From Oculatellaceae cyanobacterium bins.114 (GTDB lineage: Bacteria > Cyanobacteriota > Cyanobacteriia > Elainellales > Elainellaceae): DNA of 47,429 bases. Of the stretch, positions 30,114 to 39,243 are shown piece by piece. The notes below the pieces were generated by a model. The model did not search any database, was not told where the DNA came from, and saw only the letters and a list, made by a program, of their open reading frames with translations. Numbering within the stretch: the first letter of the stretch is position 1; each line of letters begins with the position of its first letter. The stretch is from NCBI GenBank assembly GCA_033764315.1, contig JANRJA010000096.1:1-47429 (forward strand), given 5' to 3'. Made by a program: the position numbers and the translations under genes.

Positions 30114-31310
30114 TTAATGAAGCATGTATAAATTTTGCGGTGTTCTTGCAGGAGCTTGATCAAAAGCCCGAGCGATCGCATTCCATGCCAATTTACGATT
30201 CATGTTTTCATCGAGCGGTAATGGACGTACTGGTAACCCATCGGTTCGAGGCTCAAACTCTGATAGCCAGGTGTAGCGATCGCTCAACCCCCAAGTTAAG
30301 ACTGCAATTACAGCAGGCTCATCTAACACCACGTTGAGATAATCCTCATAAGCAGCTGCCACAATGCGATCGCGTACAGCAATATCAGCGGGCAAATAGT
30401 TATCAGCAACATCTAATTCTGTTACTAAAATCTTGAGATCCAAACTGGCAACATCAGCAAGAAATTGCCGAAATTTTTCAGCATTAAACCGAGTTTCGTG
30501 ACCATCTAAATGGGCTTGAATCCCTAATCCATGAATTGGGGTGCCTTGCCCTTTTAATTGCTCCAATAGGTTTAATACCGCAATTCGTCGTGCTTCATCT
30601 TCATTCGTGTCGTATTCTAGCCCATAGTCATTATAAATAAGTAACGCATTTGGATCGGCTTCAGCCGCCACTCGAAAAGCCAAGTCAATATACTCAATTC
30701 CCAAATAATCAAACCAGGGGGTTCTTCGTAGTCCATCAGGGCGATCGTCGTAAGGTTCAATGGCTTCATTGACCACATCCCAAGAGTGCATTCGACCTCT
30801 ATACCGCTTGGTAACCGTTTGAACATGGTTAACTAAATATTGTTCAGCGTTTTGAGCCGTTACGATTTCTGAAAACCAATCTGGTAAGGAGTGGTGCCAA
30901 ATTAGTGTATGCCCACGCATAAGCAAATCATGGGTCTGAGTGAAATTGAGTAGCCAATCTCCATCTGTAAAATCAAATTGATTTGGGTGGGGGCGCAGTG
31001 TTCTCCACTTCAAATCGTTTTCTGGTACTAAGATCTCGCATTCTTTCATCACATAAGTTGCAAACTTCGGATCTAAAGATAGTATTCTGTAGTCAGATGC
31101 AGTCCCATAGATTAAATTCTTGTTTGCAGCCCGTTGCCTCAGAGATGGTTCTAATGGGGTGACTTCAAAACCCCTAAATGGGTCATTCAGCTTTTGCAAC
31201 TGATAGTTCCGATATGCAACTTTTGAGATTATTGAGCAACCAAGACCTACTGTTGCTCCTAAACCAAGTTGAAAAAATCTTCGCCTGTCTATTAAACAAT
31301 TCCTAACCAT
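30114..31310 (-). CDS. GH10 endo-1,4-beta-xylanase-like glycoside hydrolase with Tat-like signal
   Basis: DRRRFFQLG twin-arginine motif; ENDLKW, RGHTLIWH, WDVVNE (acid/base) and VTELDV (nucleophile). Start overlaps the upstream stop (TAATG). Confidence 0.92.
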   Translation of the reverse strand: MVRNCLIDRRRFFQLGLGATVGLGCSIISKVAYRNYQLQKLNDPFRGFEVTPLEPSLRQRAANKNLIYGTASDYRILSLDPKFATYVMKECEILVPENDLKWRTLRPHPNQFDFTDGDWLLNFTQTHDLLMRGHTLIWHHSLPDWFSEIVTAQNAEQYLVNHVQTVTKRYRGRMHSWDVVNEAIEPYDDRPDGLRRTPWFDYLGIEYIDLAFRVAAEADPNALLIYNDYGLEYDTNEDEARRIAVLNLLEQLKGQGTPIHGLGIQAHLDGHETRFNAEKFRQFLADVASLDLKILVTELDVADNYLPADIAVRDRIVAAAYEDYLNVVLDEPAVIAVLTWGLSDRYTWLSEFEPRTDGLPVRPLPLDENMNRKLAWNAIARAFDQAPARTPQNLYMLH

Positions 31311-32515
31311 TAGCTTTCCTTTACAGAAGCACTAATAGATTCATATGCTTTTAATAAAATGGGTGCCTGATGTCGCCACTCTAGCTCTTCTTCCATTCTA
31401 CGCTTGCCTTCTGCGCCTAATTGTTGCCGAAGAGCTGAAGATTCTAGAAGTTCAAGAATTCGCTCTGCAAATTCAACTTCATCATTCGGTTGGGCGTATA
31501 GAGATGCACCTTGTGCTGAATATCTACCTTCCTTCAAATCAAATTGAACGATCGGTTTACCAAGTGCCATATATTCCAAAATTTTGTTCATCGTACAGCA
31601 CTGGTTGTAAGCCGATAACGGGGAGGGTTCAACACAAATATCACAGGTTGATAACCGCTCTAAAAATTCATGCCCTGTCTTGAATCCAGTAAATTCTACA
31701 AAATCGGTGATTCCAAGTGTTTGGGAAAGTGCAACTAGTTTATCAAAGGCTGGTCCTCCTCCAATCAGCATAAAATGGATGTCACGCCGATTTTTCACGG
31801 TTACGAGGTAGTGAATTACACGTAGCAAATAATCGACTCCTTCTGGTTCACCCATAACGCCCATATACCCGACCAAATAATGGCGATTGCAGTAGTAGGC
31901 TTTATTTGGAGGAGTGGGACGAAAACGAGCGATGTCAGGTGCACTCCGCACAATAAAAACTCGCTCAGAGGGCATGTGTCCTCGGTTAAGAGCAACAGAT
32001 TTATGAGATTCGTTGGTAGAGATTGCGATGTCAGCCGTAATGTAAGTTAACCGTTCAACCAGTTTGAGTCCATGATAAAAAATATCCCGTCGATTATACT
32101 TTGCTTCATACATCTCTGGGCTGAGGTCATGATGATCAAAAATGACTTTTATTCCATGCACTAGCTTGAACCACAGTGCTGTTATAAATAATAAATCTGG
32201 TGGATTACATAGATGCATAATATCGAATCTACGTTCTCGCCATACTCGGTGAGCTATCTGAAATTCCCATCTTACAGCTGAACTGTACTCTCGAAGATAA
32301 CCAAAGACTGAACTCATTTCATCAGGAAGAGGGTGGCGATAAATATGAATTCCCTCCAGAATTTCATAGTCTTTTTCATAACCCTTTCCCATCGGACAAA
32401 TGACTGAAACCTCATAGCCTGCTTTTTGGAGGGTTGTTGCCTCCATCCAAACTCGCCGATCAAACGGTACAGGAAGATTCTCAACAACAATCAAGACTCG
32501 ATTACGAGCACGCAT
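31310..32515 (-). CDS. Glycosyltransferase family 4
   Basis: ENLPVPFDRRVW, HLCNPPD and NKILEYMALGKPIV motifs; likely ATG at 32515. Confidence 0.9.
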   Translation of the reverse strand: MRARNRVLIVVENLPVPFDRRVWMEATTLQKAGYEVSVICPMGKGYEKDYEILEGIHIYRHPLPDEMSSVFGYLREYSSAVRWEFQIAHRVWRERRFDIMHLCNPPDLLFITALWFKLVHGIKVIFDHHDLSPEMYEAKYNRRDIFYHGLKLVERLTYITADIAISTNESHKSVALNRGHMPSERVFIVRSAPDIARFRPTPPNKAYYCNRHYLVGYMGVMGEPEGVDYLLRVIHYLVTVKNRRDIHFMLIGGGPAFDKLVALSQTLGITDFVEFTGFKTGHEFLERLSTCDICVEPSPLSAYNQCCTMNKILEYMALGKPIVQFDLKEGRYSAQGASLYAQPNDEVEFAERILELLESSALRQQLGAEGKRRMEEELEWRHQAPILLKAYESISASVKES

Positions 32516-32531
32516 ATAAACTCCTGTGGAT

Positions 32532-33647
32532 TTATGAATGGTGGCTAGGTGAATGATCACAGACTGAACAATAAAGTTCTAATAGTGAATTCCAATAATT
32601 TTGGATATTTAAAGGTTCCACACTCTTTCTGCCATTGATTCCCAGTGCTATTCTCAGCGATGAGTCTTCAATCAAACGCTGCATTGCTAACGATAGTTCT
32701 TCAATATTTCCGGGTGTTACTAATAAACCATTCTCACCATCTACTACAAGTTCGGGGATGCCGCCCACAGGGGTTGTGATTGATGCTAATCCCCAACTCA
32801 TTGCTTCGAGCAAAGCCATGGGCAGACCCTCATTATACGAAGGTAATACAAAGACATCTGCTGCCTTTGAAAGAGCATTACGCTGCTCTGAATCAATCCA
32901 ATCCATGACTGACACACCATCTTCTACATTCAGGTCTTTAACGAGCTGGCGTAATTTCACTCCCTCGCCGTCTCCAGCTAACGTTAGTTTTGCTTGCAGT
33001 TGATACTTTGATGAAAGAGCAGCAAATGCCCTGACTAAATCAAATGCTCCCTTACGTTGACCAATACGTCCAAAAAAAACAAATGAAACGTCTTTTTTGA
33101 GAGGGCGCGTAGGAATTTGTGGAGGAATTTCCACAGCATTAGGCAGCACAATAACTCGCTCTGCTTCTAATTTAAGATTTTGAGTGTAAAAGGTTTTCCA
33201 ATTTTCAGACAAAACTATGAAGCGTTCACACTTGCCAAATACCCAACCTAATCCCCACTTTAAAGATTTAGGTAGCTGTGAATAAAACACATGAAATTCA
33301 GATCCATGAGCATGCATAATGACTGGTTTACGAAACGCTAAAGCAACTAAAGTTGTGATTGCCTGACGAAAAGCACTACCTCGCCCTGAAACGTGAGTGT
33401 GAACTAAATCAATGTCTTCATGTAACAATCTCCAAGATAATTCTAGAATCGCTTTTGTGAAATTCACAATTTTTTGCCAGATAGAACCATTCACTAGAGT
33501 TGCAATATGTTTGATTTGAATTGTGGAGTCAATTTGTTCAAGAATAAGCTTTTGTACTGAAACAATCCCGCCTTGTCTGGATAGGCTTTCACCTAACATT
33601 AAAACTTTAATTCGTTTTTTTTCTTTATTTAATTCTTCAATTTTCAT
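32532..33647 (-). CDS. Glycosyltransferase family 4
   Basis: FFGRIGQRKG and VLPSYNEGLPMALLEAM (EX7E motif). Confidence 0.92.
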   Translation of the reverse strand: MKIEELNKEKKRIKVLMLGESLSRQGGIVSVQKLILEQIDSTIQIKHIATLVNGSIWQKIVNFTKAILELSWRLLHEDIDLVHTHVSGRGSAFRQAITTLVALAFRKPVIMHAHGSEFHVFYSQLPKSLKWGLGWVFGKCERFIVLSENWKTFYTQNLKLEAERVIVLPNAVEIPPQIPTRPLKKDVSFVFFGRIGQRKGAFDLVRAFAALSSKYQLQAKLTLAGDGEGVKLRQLVKDLNVEDGVSVMDWIDSEQRNALSKAADVFVLPSYNEGLPMALLEAMSWGLASITTPVGGIPELVVDGENGLLVTPGNIEELSLAMQRLIEDSSLRIALGINGRKSVEPLNIQNYWNSLLELYCSVCDHSPSHHS

Positions 33648-33718
33648 GTCTCAATCATCAAGAAATTAGCAACTTATTCTCTAATTAGGAAGTCTATATT
33701 GATGGTTCCTATTTTTAT

Positions 33719-34732
33719 TTACTTGTTACCATGCAAAACTTGAAATGCACTCTTATTACCCAATAAGTAATATTGAATACGTCGCGTTAAAACAGCTTGC
33801 AGTCGCATTGTGAAATACCAAAAAAAAGAAGGCTTAGACAAAGCATTTAGAAATGCTTGTTTAAGCCTTTTCTGCTTAAAAGGTTCTACAACATTGTAAT
33901 ACACTCGATTTCTTTGCAATTCCTGTAGATTTTTTGATAAACAATGCTTTAACTGAGGAGAAATTTGAGCATTTTTATTCTCCATAAGGTCAAGAATGGC
34001 ATCATTAAATTGATCAATATGCTTAACCTTACCTTGAGTGACTAATGAACCAGGACGACGTAGATAAAAATAATAAGGAGTAGGGACAAATATGAATTTG
34101 GCTCCACTAATTAAACAATTCAAGGCAAAATGAAAATCTTCAACAACCCGTAGTTTTTCATTATAAAAAATATGGTTATGTAGTAAAAAATCTCGCTTAA
34201 ATAAAGGTTTAGATAAACCTAGATGCAATCCTTGACGACCATAGATTCCAGTTTCCACAAAATAAACAGGATCAACCTGTTTATTTTCTTCAATCTGCTG
34301 ACCACTCTGTTTTAATAAAGTACTCCAAGGCGTGTTTTCGCCCAAATGCATAAAAGCAATGTCATCACAGATAATGTCAGCTTCTGTCATTTCCGCAATT
34401 TTCAAAAGCTCTTCCAATCGATTTTGAGCATACCAATCATCTGAATCAAGGAGAGCAATCCATTGGCCTTTGGCTTCTCTCAAAGCTCGATTTCGAGTTA
34501 CACTAACGCCTGCATTACAAGGATTTTTCAGTATTTTTAAGCGTTCATCTGAAAAGGTTTTAACAACTTCAAGAGTATTATCAGTTGAAGCATCATCAAC
34601 AACGATGACTTCAATATTGTGCAAAGTTTGATTTAAGGCGGACTGTATTGCTTTAGCAATATAAACTGCGGTGTTGTAAGCAGGAATAATGACTGTAACT
34701 TCTGGATTGACAAACATATTTCTATTCATCAT
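33719..34732 (-). CDS. Glycosyltransferase family 2 (ExoO/ExoU-like)
   Basis: VIIPAYN, VVDDASTD, LLDSDD and VVEDF motifs. Confidence 0.92.
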   Translation of the reverse strand: MMNRNMFVNPEVTVIIPAYNTAVYIAKAIQSALNQTLHNIEVIVVDDASTDNTLEVVKTFSDERLKILKNPCNAGVSVTRNRALREAKGQWIALLDSDDWYAQNRLEELLKIAEMTEADIICDDIAFMHLGENTPWSTLLKQSGQQIEENKQVDPVYFVETGIYGRQGLHLGLSKPLFKRDFLLHNHIFYNEKLRVVEDFHFALNCLISGAKFIFVPTPYYFYLRRPGSLVTQGKVKHIDQFNDAILDLMENKNAQISPQLKHCLSKNLQELQRNRVYYNVVEPFKQKRLKQAFLNALSKPSFFWYFTMRLQAVLTRRIQYYLLGNKSAFQVLHGNK

Positions 34733-34808
34733 TTAGAGTATTCATTATTTTTTAAGTATGATATATCGAAATTGAGTAGCTACTCTTGAGGAATTTAGTA
34801 GAGTATCC

Positions 34809-36056
34809 TTAGTTATGTTGTTCTTTCAAATTTACAGCTCGATGTAAAGATAAGGCAATTGCAACATAAAGCACCCAAAAAATATTGTTTTGAATTAATA
34901 GAGAGCTTTCCGTTATATTAGCTACAACAAGATAAGTCATATACACTAATGTCCAGACTGCTTGTACTGATTTGGTCAAGTTTGTTGCTGTAATGCCTTT
35001 CATCAAACTCATAAAATAGCTTAAGAGAAAAATAGACAAACCGAGTAAACCTAAATCCAGGAGTAAATCCAATAAACCATTGTGGGCATTAGGAGGATCC
35101 CAATTTGTAGCTTTCCAAATATCCCCCCCTTCACTATTTATGTCTCTCCAAAAGCCACTGAAGCCATAACCCAACCAAAGTTGCTCTTCAATTTTCATTA
35201 CAACGGCAGGCCATAGGTATGAACGTCCTGTAAAGGATGTGTCCTTTCCGAAAAAGCCTAAAAATGTCTCTAGTTGTAGAAGAATCAGAAAGCAGAAAAG
35301 GATGATTACTGCTAATAGGAATAATAGTGTGGGGATTGTTAAGCGGCTACGCCACTTCAACACTTTGAAGACGGAAGAGACAACAATCAAGGTTAAAAAA
35401 TTAATTAAAGATGATGTCGAACGACTGAAAACTAGTAGTAAGATGGAGGTGCCTAAAGCAAGATTTAAACGTAAATTAAATCCTTTTGCTTCTGTAGCAA
35501 TGAGCCAGAAGAAGGCAGTGCTTAACACCATAATCTTTCCCAGAACATTCTTATGAGTGTAAATACCACGCCATGCTCCTTCATGAATGCCAGTCATAAC
35601 ACCATAATTGGGTAAGGCAATTACAAATAGCAAGCTCAGTATCAAAATAATGCTAAAAGTCCATCCCAATATTTCCATTTGCTGTTTCAAACTGTAACGA
35701 GTAGCTAAATAAACTCCAAATAAAGTCGTTCCTAATAAGCCAACACTTCGTTGCAGAGTTAAGCTTGGAATAAATGACCAGAGTATCGAAATAACAGCCA
35801 ATGCAGCTAGCAATAAAATGAATTTTTCTTTCAGCAGGAGGTAGGAAACCGTTCGCCATAAAGGAATTAGTAAAATGCCAATAACAATATAGCTGAACAA
35901 AAAAACTAAGCGGATGATAGCAAAGTCTGGTGTTGCTGCCATATCGCCTTCATTGGTTGAGTTAGCAGATAGAATAACTGTTAATGGTCCTCCTGAATAT
36001 AAAATCATGAGGAGAACCACAAATATGAATTCAATTTTTCCCAATAATTTTTTCAT
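34809..36056 (-). CDS. wzy: Polysaccharide polymerase / O-antigen ligase family (ExoQ-like)
   Basis: About 12 TM helices; WRGIYTHKNVLG, FTGRSYLW, LGYG and NAHNG motifs; EPS context. Confidence 0.8.
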   Translation of the reverse strand: MKKLLGKIEFIFVVLLMILYSGGPLTVILSANSTNEGDMAATPDFAIIRLVFLFSYIVIGILLIPLWRTVSYLLLKEKFILLLAALAVISILWSFIPSLTLQRSVGLLGTTLFGVYLATRYSLKQQMEILGWTFSIILILSLLFVIALPNYGVMTGIHEGAWRGIYTHKNVLGKIMVLSTAFFWLIATEAKGFNLRLNLALGTSILLLVFSRSTSSLINFLTLIVVSSVFKVLKWRSRLTIPTLLFLLAVIILFCFLILLQLETFLGFFGKDTSFTGRSYLWPAVVMKIEEQLWLGYGFSGFWRDINSEGGDIWKATNWDPPNAHNGLLDLLLDLGLLGLSIFLLSYFMSLMKGITATNLTKSVQAVWTLVYMTYLVVANITESSLLIQNNIFWVLYVAIALSLHRAVNLKEQHN

Positions 36057-36069
36057 GAATTATAGAAAA

Positions 36070-37158
36070 TCATGTTTTACTTGTTTGGCAATAAATACTA
36101 ATGGTTTGGCTAGCAATTTTTAGCCAACTAAGATCATGTTTACAACGTTCAAGAGCAGAGATTTGCATTTGACTTTGTAAGGATTGACTACTCAGAAAAT
36201 GTACAATTGCATTAGAAAGTGCTTGTGAATTGCCAGGTGCTACAAGCAACCCATCTTCTTTATGCCGAATGATTTCGCGCAATCCTCCTATATCAGAAGC
36301 GATAACGGGTGTCCCTAAACCATAGGCTAAAGCAGCAACCCCACTTTGAGAGGATTCGATATACGGAAGAACGGCCGCAGCACTACGTTGGAAAAGTTGC
36401 GCTACTTGTTCAACTGGAATAAAGTCATTATGCAGTTCAACATAGTCTGGGTAATGCCCATTTGGGAAATAATAGCTTAAATCTTCTCCTCGACCAGCGA
36501 TGATTAACTTCGCATCTGGAATTTGAGCCACAACTTGGGGCATAGCTTCTAGTAAATAGTTCAAGCCTTTGTACTGCCAAATTCGTCCAAAAAACAATAA
36601 GGTATGAGGTTCGCGTTCAACAAGCTGTTGATGCGATCGCCGTTGATATAAGCTACCTAACTCTCCATGTGCAATGACGTGAATTCGTTGCTCAGGCACT
36701 CGAAATTGTTTCACCAAAACATCTTTCAGGGTTTGTGCATGAACAATTAACTGTTGCGATCGGTAAAATGAAATCTGCCGAGTATATTCTGCCCCTGGTG
36801 GAGTTTGGCGATCGCCAGGGTGGCGATACACATCATGAATGGTTGTAACCAATGGTGGCATTCGATTAAACAACAAAGTTAAGTCATACCAAAAATCGTT
36901 GGTTTCTTGCACATGCAAAACATCAGGTTGAACCTCTCGAAGGATTTGCATTATCTCCATCATGGTGAAGATATTACGCGGATCGCGAATGCGAGGTTTC
37001 TTAAAGCTCCTAATCTGCACCCGTGGATCTAGAGCATCACGACATGCCATTGATACTTTTTCTGGATGAATCAAGACAATATCTATCAATTCAACTAGAG
37101 CATTGACAAGTTGAATCGTATAATCTTCAAAACAAAAGTGAAGTAAAGCAACTTTCAC
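36070..37158 (-). CDS. Glycosyltransferase family 4
   Basis: FFGRIWQYKG and LPYIESSQSGV motifs; likely GTG start at 37158 after GAGG. Confidence 0.88.
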   Translation of the reverse strand: MKVALLHFCFEDYTIQLVNALVELIDIVLIHPEKVSMACRDALDPRVQIRSFKKPRIRDPRNIFTMMEIMQILREVQPDVLHVQETNDFWYDLTLLFNRMPPLVTTIHDVYRHPGDRQTPPGAEYTRQISFYRSQQLIVHAQTLKDVLVKQFRVPEQRIHVIAHGELGSLYQRRSHQQLVEREPHTLLFFGRIWQYKGLNYLLEAMPQVVAQIPDAKLIIAGRGEDLSYYFPNGHYPDYVELHNDFIPVEQVAQLFQRSAAAVLPYIESSQSGVAALAYGLGTPVIASDIGGLREIIRHKEDGLLVAPGNSQALSNAIVHFLSSQSLQSQMQISALERCKHDLSWLKIASQTISIYCQTSKT

Positions 37159-37189
37159 AATTTCGCCTCTAAACAATGTGACAAAGTAA

Positions 37190-38434
37190 TTAGACTCTCT
37201 CCCGTTGTGTAATTTTCTTTTTCTGGATACTTTGGTAGAGTTTGTAGAACACACCATTGAAGTACTGTTGATCAAACTCTTTCAGCGCGTAACGCTGATA
37301 AAACTGAGATACAAGTTGCTCAGTTCCCTTCACCAAATCATCGCGTCCTTGCTCTTTGAAAAGCGGGATTAAATCTGAATAACAATCAATTTCATCAGGA
37401 AACTGAGAACGTCCTCGATCCAGTAAGAGGGCTTTTGAGATGTCTTTGCGAGGGAAAACATTCGTTTTGTCAAGGACTCCCAACGCACATAGCGTAGTCA
37501 TAGTAATCATACATTTACGACACATCCCACAGTTGAGATAACCTATCGGTAAATGCAACTCGTTGCATACTCTAAGATTTTGTAGAGCAATATCCCAACC
37601 TGCTACTAACCGCGTTTTCTCTAGACGAGAGAGTGCAACGTCAGCATAATGAATTTGAAAATCATAGCTGCTGTAATTGGGGTCCAATACAGGGTTTGTC
37701 CCCCAGAGCGATAGTGTTAATGTGCGAACATCATCGCTGGCACTAATAGATAAGGAAGATAAGCGTTTATGGAAAGCATGACCGACCGCAGAGAGAGCCG
37801 CACTAGTTAAGTAGTACCTCAAAAATGTATAGTTACTATCTTCTAGATCCTGCACACAATGGTAGGTGTTTGTGTAGATTGGGATGAGTGTAATACCTGC
37901 ATCGTCTGCAACGGGTGATAACCGCTGCACAGCCTTTTCGTAACCTTCTAAGGTGGTATTTGCAATACCGTGAATTAGCAGCCCATCTTTAAAAGAACGG
38001 GGATGGCTAAGGGAAAATCTCAATCGGTTATTTCGTAGAGTAGCTAGAGAATCGATTCCACCAGAATAACAAACTGCTGCATTTTTAGGTTTTTGAGAGT
38101 TCTGAATGCTAATTTGCGACCTAGCTTCAATCTCTACCAGAGGAAGATTTAATCCCTCCCAATGTCTAAACCAGCTCATGATGGTAAACAAACCTTCAAG
38201 CAATTGAGGACAGATGTCTGCATCAATAGCAATTCGTCTTTCTCCAAACCGTAAAGCAGTGATAACCGTGCCTACTAAAAATGCATGGGGATTGCAAGAC
38301 AAATCATCAGCAAAATCTGAAGTAGTTTCAAAGAAAATCTCTTGAGAAGGGCGATCGCGATCTTCCCAAATCATTGTTGCTGATACTCTAAAGCGATCTT
38401 CATTTTTCCGGGTGGTTAAGTTTTCAACTCTCAT
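37190..38434 (-). CDS. PP-loop (adenine nucleotide alpha hydrolase, QueC-like) protein of unknown function
   Basis: CYSGGIDS PP-loop and C-terminal C-x11-CGMCRKC Cys cluster. Confidence 0.7.
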   Translation of the reverse strand: MRVENLTTRKNEDRFRVSATMIWEDRDRPSQEIFFETTSDFADDLSCNPHAFLVGTVITALRFGERRIAIDADICPQLLEGLFTIMSWFRHWEGLNLPLVEIEARSQISIQNSQKPKNAAVCYSGGIDSLATLRNNRLRFSLSHPRSFKDGLLIHGIANTTLEGYEKAVQRLSPVADDAGITLIPIYTNTYHCVQDLEDSNYTFLRYYLTSAALSAVGHAFHKRLSSLSISASDDVRTLTLSLWGTNPVLDPNYSSYDFQIHYADVALSRLEKTRLVAGWDIALQNLRVCNELHLPIGYLNCGMCRKCMITMTTLCALGVLDKTNVFPRKDISKALLLDRGRSQFPDEIDCYSDLIPLFKEQGRDDLVKGTEQLVSQFYQRYALKEFDQQYFNGVFYKLYQSIQKKKITQRERV

Positions 38435-38533
38435 AAAGATACCTTAACTAACTAATTTGGCAATAGTTTAAGTAAAAGGTAGAAGCCCTCATTTCTAATA
38501 TCTTGAATTGACTTATGTTATATGATGATGACA

Positions 38534-39172
38534 TCAACAATGAAAGTCTTGTAGACTTTCTTGGCCATCATCTAAACGGATGATGCGGCCATAGCCAAGT
38601 GTCACTTTGTCTAATCCATACTTTAGGACAATGCGACGAATGTGCTCAACTTGATCATGGTGAAACTGGAAGAACTTATAGGCAGGTAATCGACAAAGGC
38701 TTTCCTGAACTAAAAGAGAGCCTTCTGAAAAATAGACAGGATGAGTTCTACAAACGAACGGCTTGTGTCCACCACAAAGCCCCAATTTATTACAGTAAAT
38801 AGCTTTTCGACCTGGAATATTAGGATTTTCAGCTAATCGAAAATCCCAATCGTTAATAACATCGACGAACATCTTTTCTTCATTGGGCAAAAGATGGAGC
38901 CGAACATTAGCCGGACAACAATGACATGCCTTGAGAGCGCCTCCGTCATAATTAGCAACATTGGGAGGTTGATAACAATTACTTCCATCGCCCAACTCCT
39001 GGTAGAGTTCTGTAAACCAACGCTTAGTAAAGCGTTTAGATGGATCTTGACTCTCAAAATTAGGTGGGATTTCCAAGTCAGTGGGGCTAAAACTCTTCTT
39101 CAGTTTTAGCTTCCTCAAAAGGTATGCTCCGATTCGAGTTAGGAAGATTTGAGTATCGATAAATAATTTCAT
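38534..39172 (-). CDS. Cys-rich protein resembling the YkgJ/CxxCxxCC metal-binding family
   Basis: NC..ACHCC, then YCNKLGLC..KPFVCRTHP..LC, matching the family's C..C..RPxxCRxFP pattern. Confidence 0.55.
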   Translation of the reverse strand: MKLFIDTQIFLTRIGAYLLRKLKLKKSFSPTDLEIPPNFESQDPSKRFTKRWFTELYQELGDGSNCYQPPNVANYDGGALKACHCCPANVRLHLLPNEEKMFVDVINDWDFRLAENPNIPGRKAIYCNKLGLCGGHKPFVCRTHPVYFSEGSLLVQESLCRLPAYKFFQFHHDQVEHIRRIVLKYGLDKVTLGYGRIIRLDDGQESLQDFHC

Positions 39173-39243
39173 GAGTTTAAGTCTCCAGTAACGGTTGCAC
39201 TATGTGTTAACTACATTTGAGTTAGATATGAAAAGTTTTCTAC

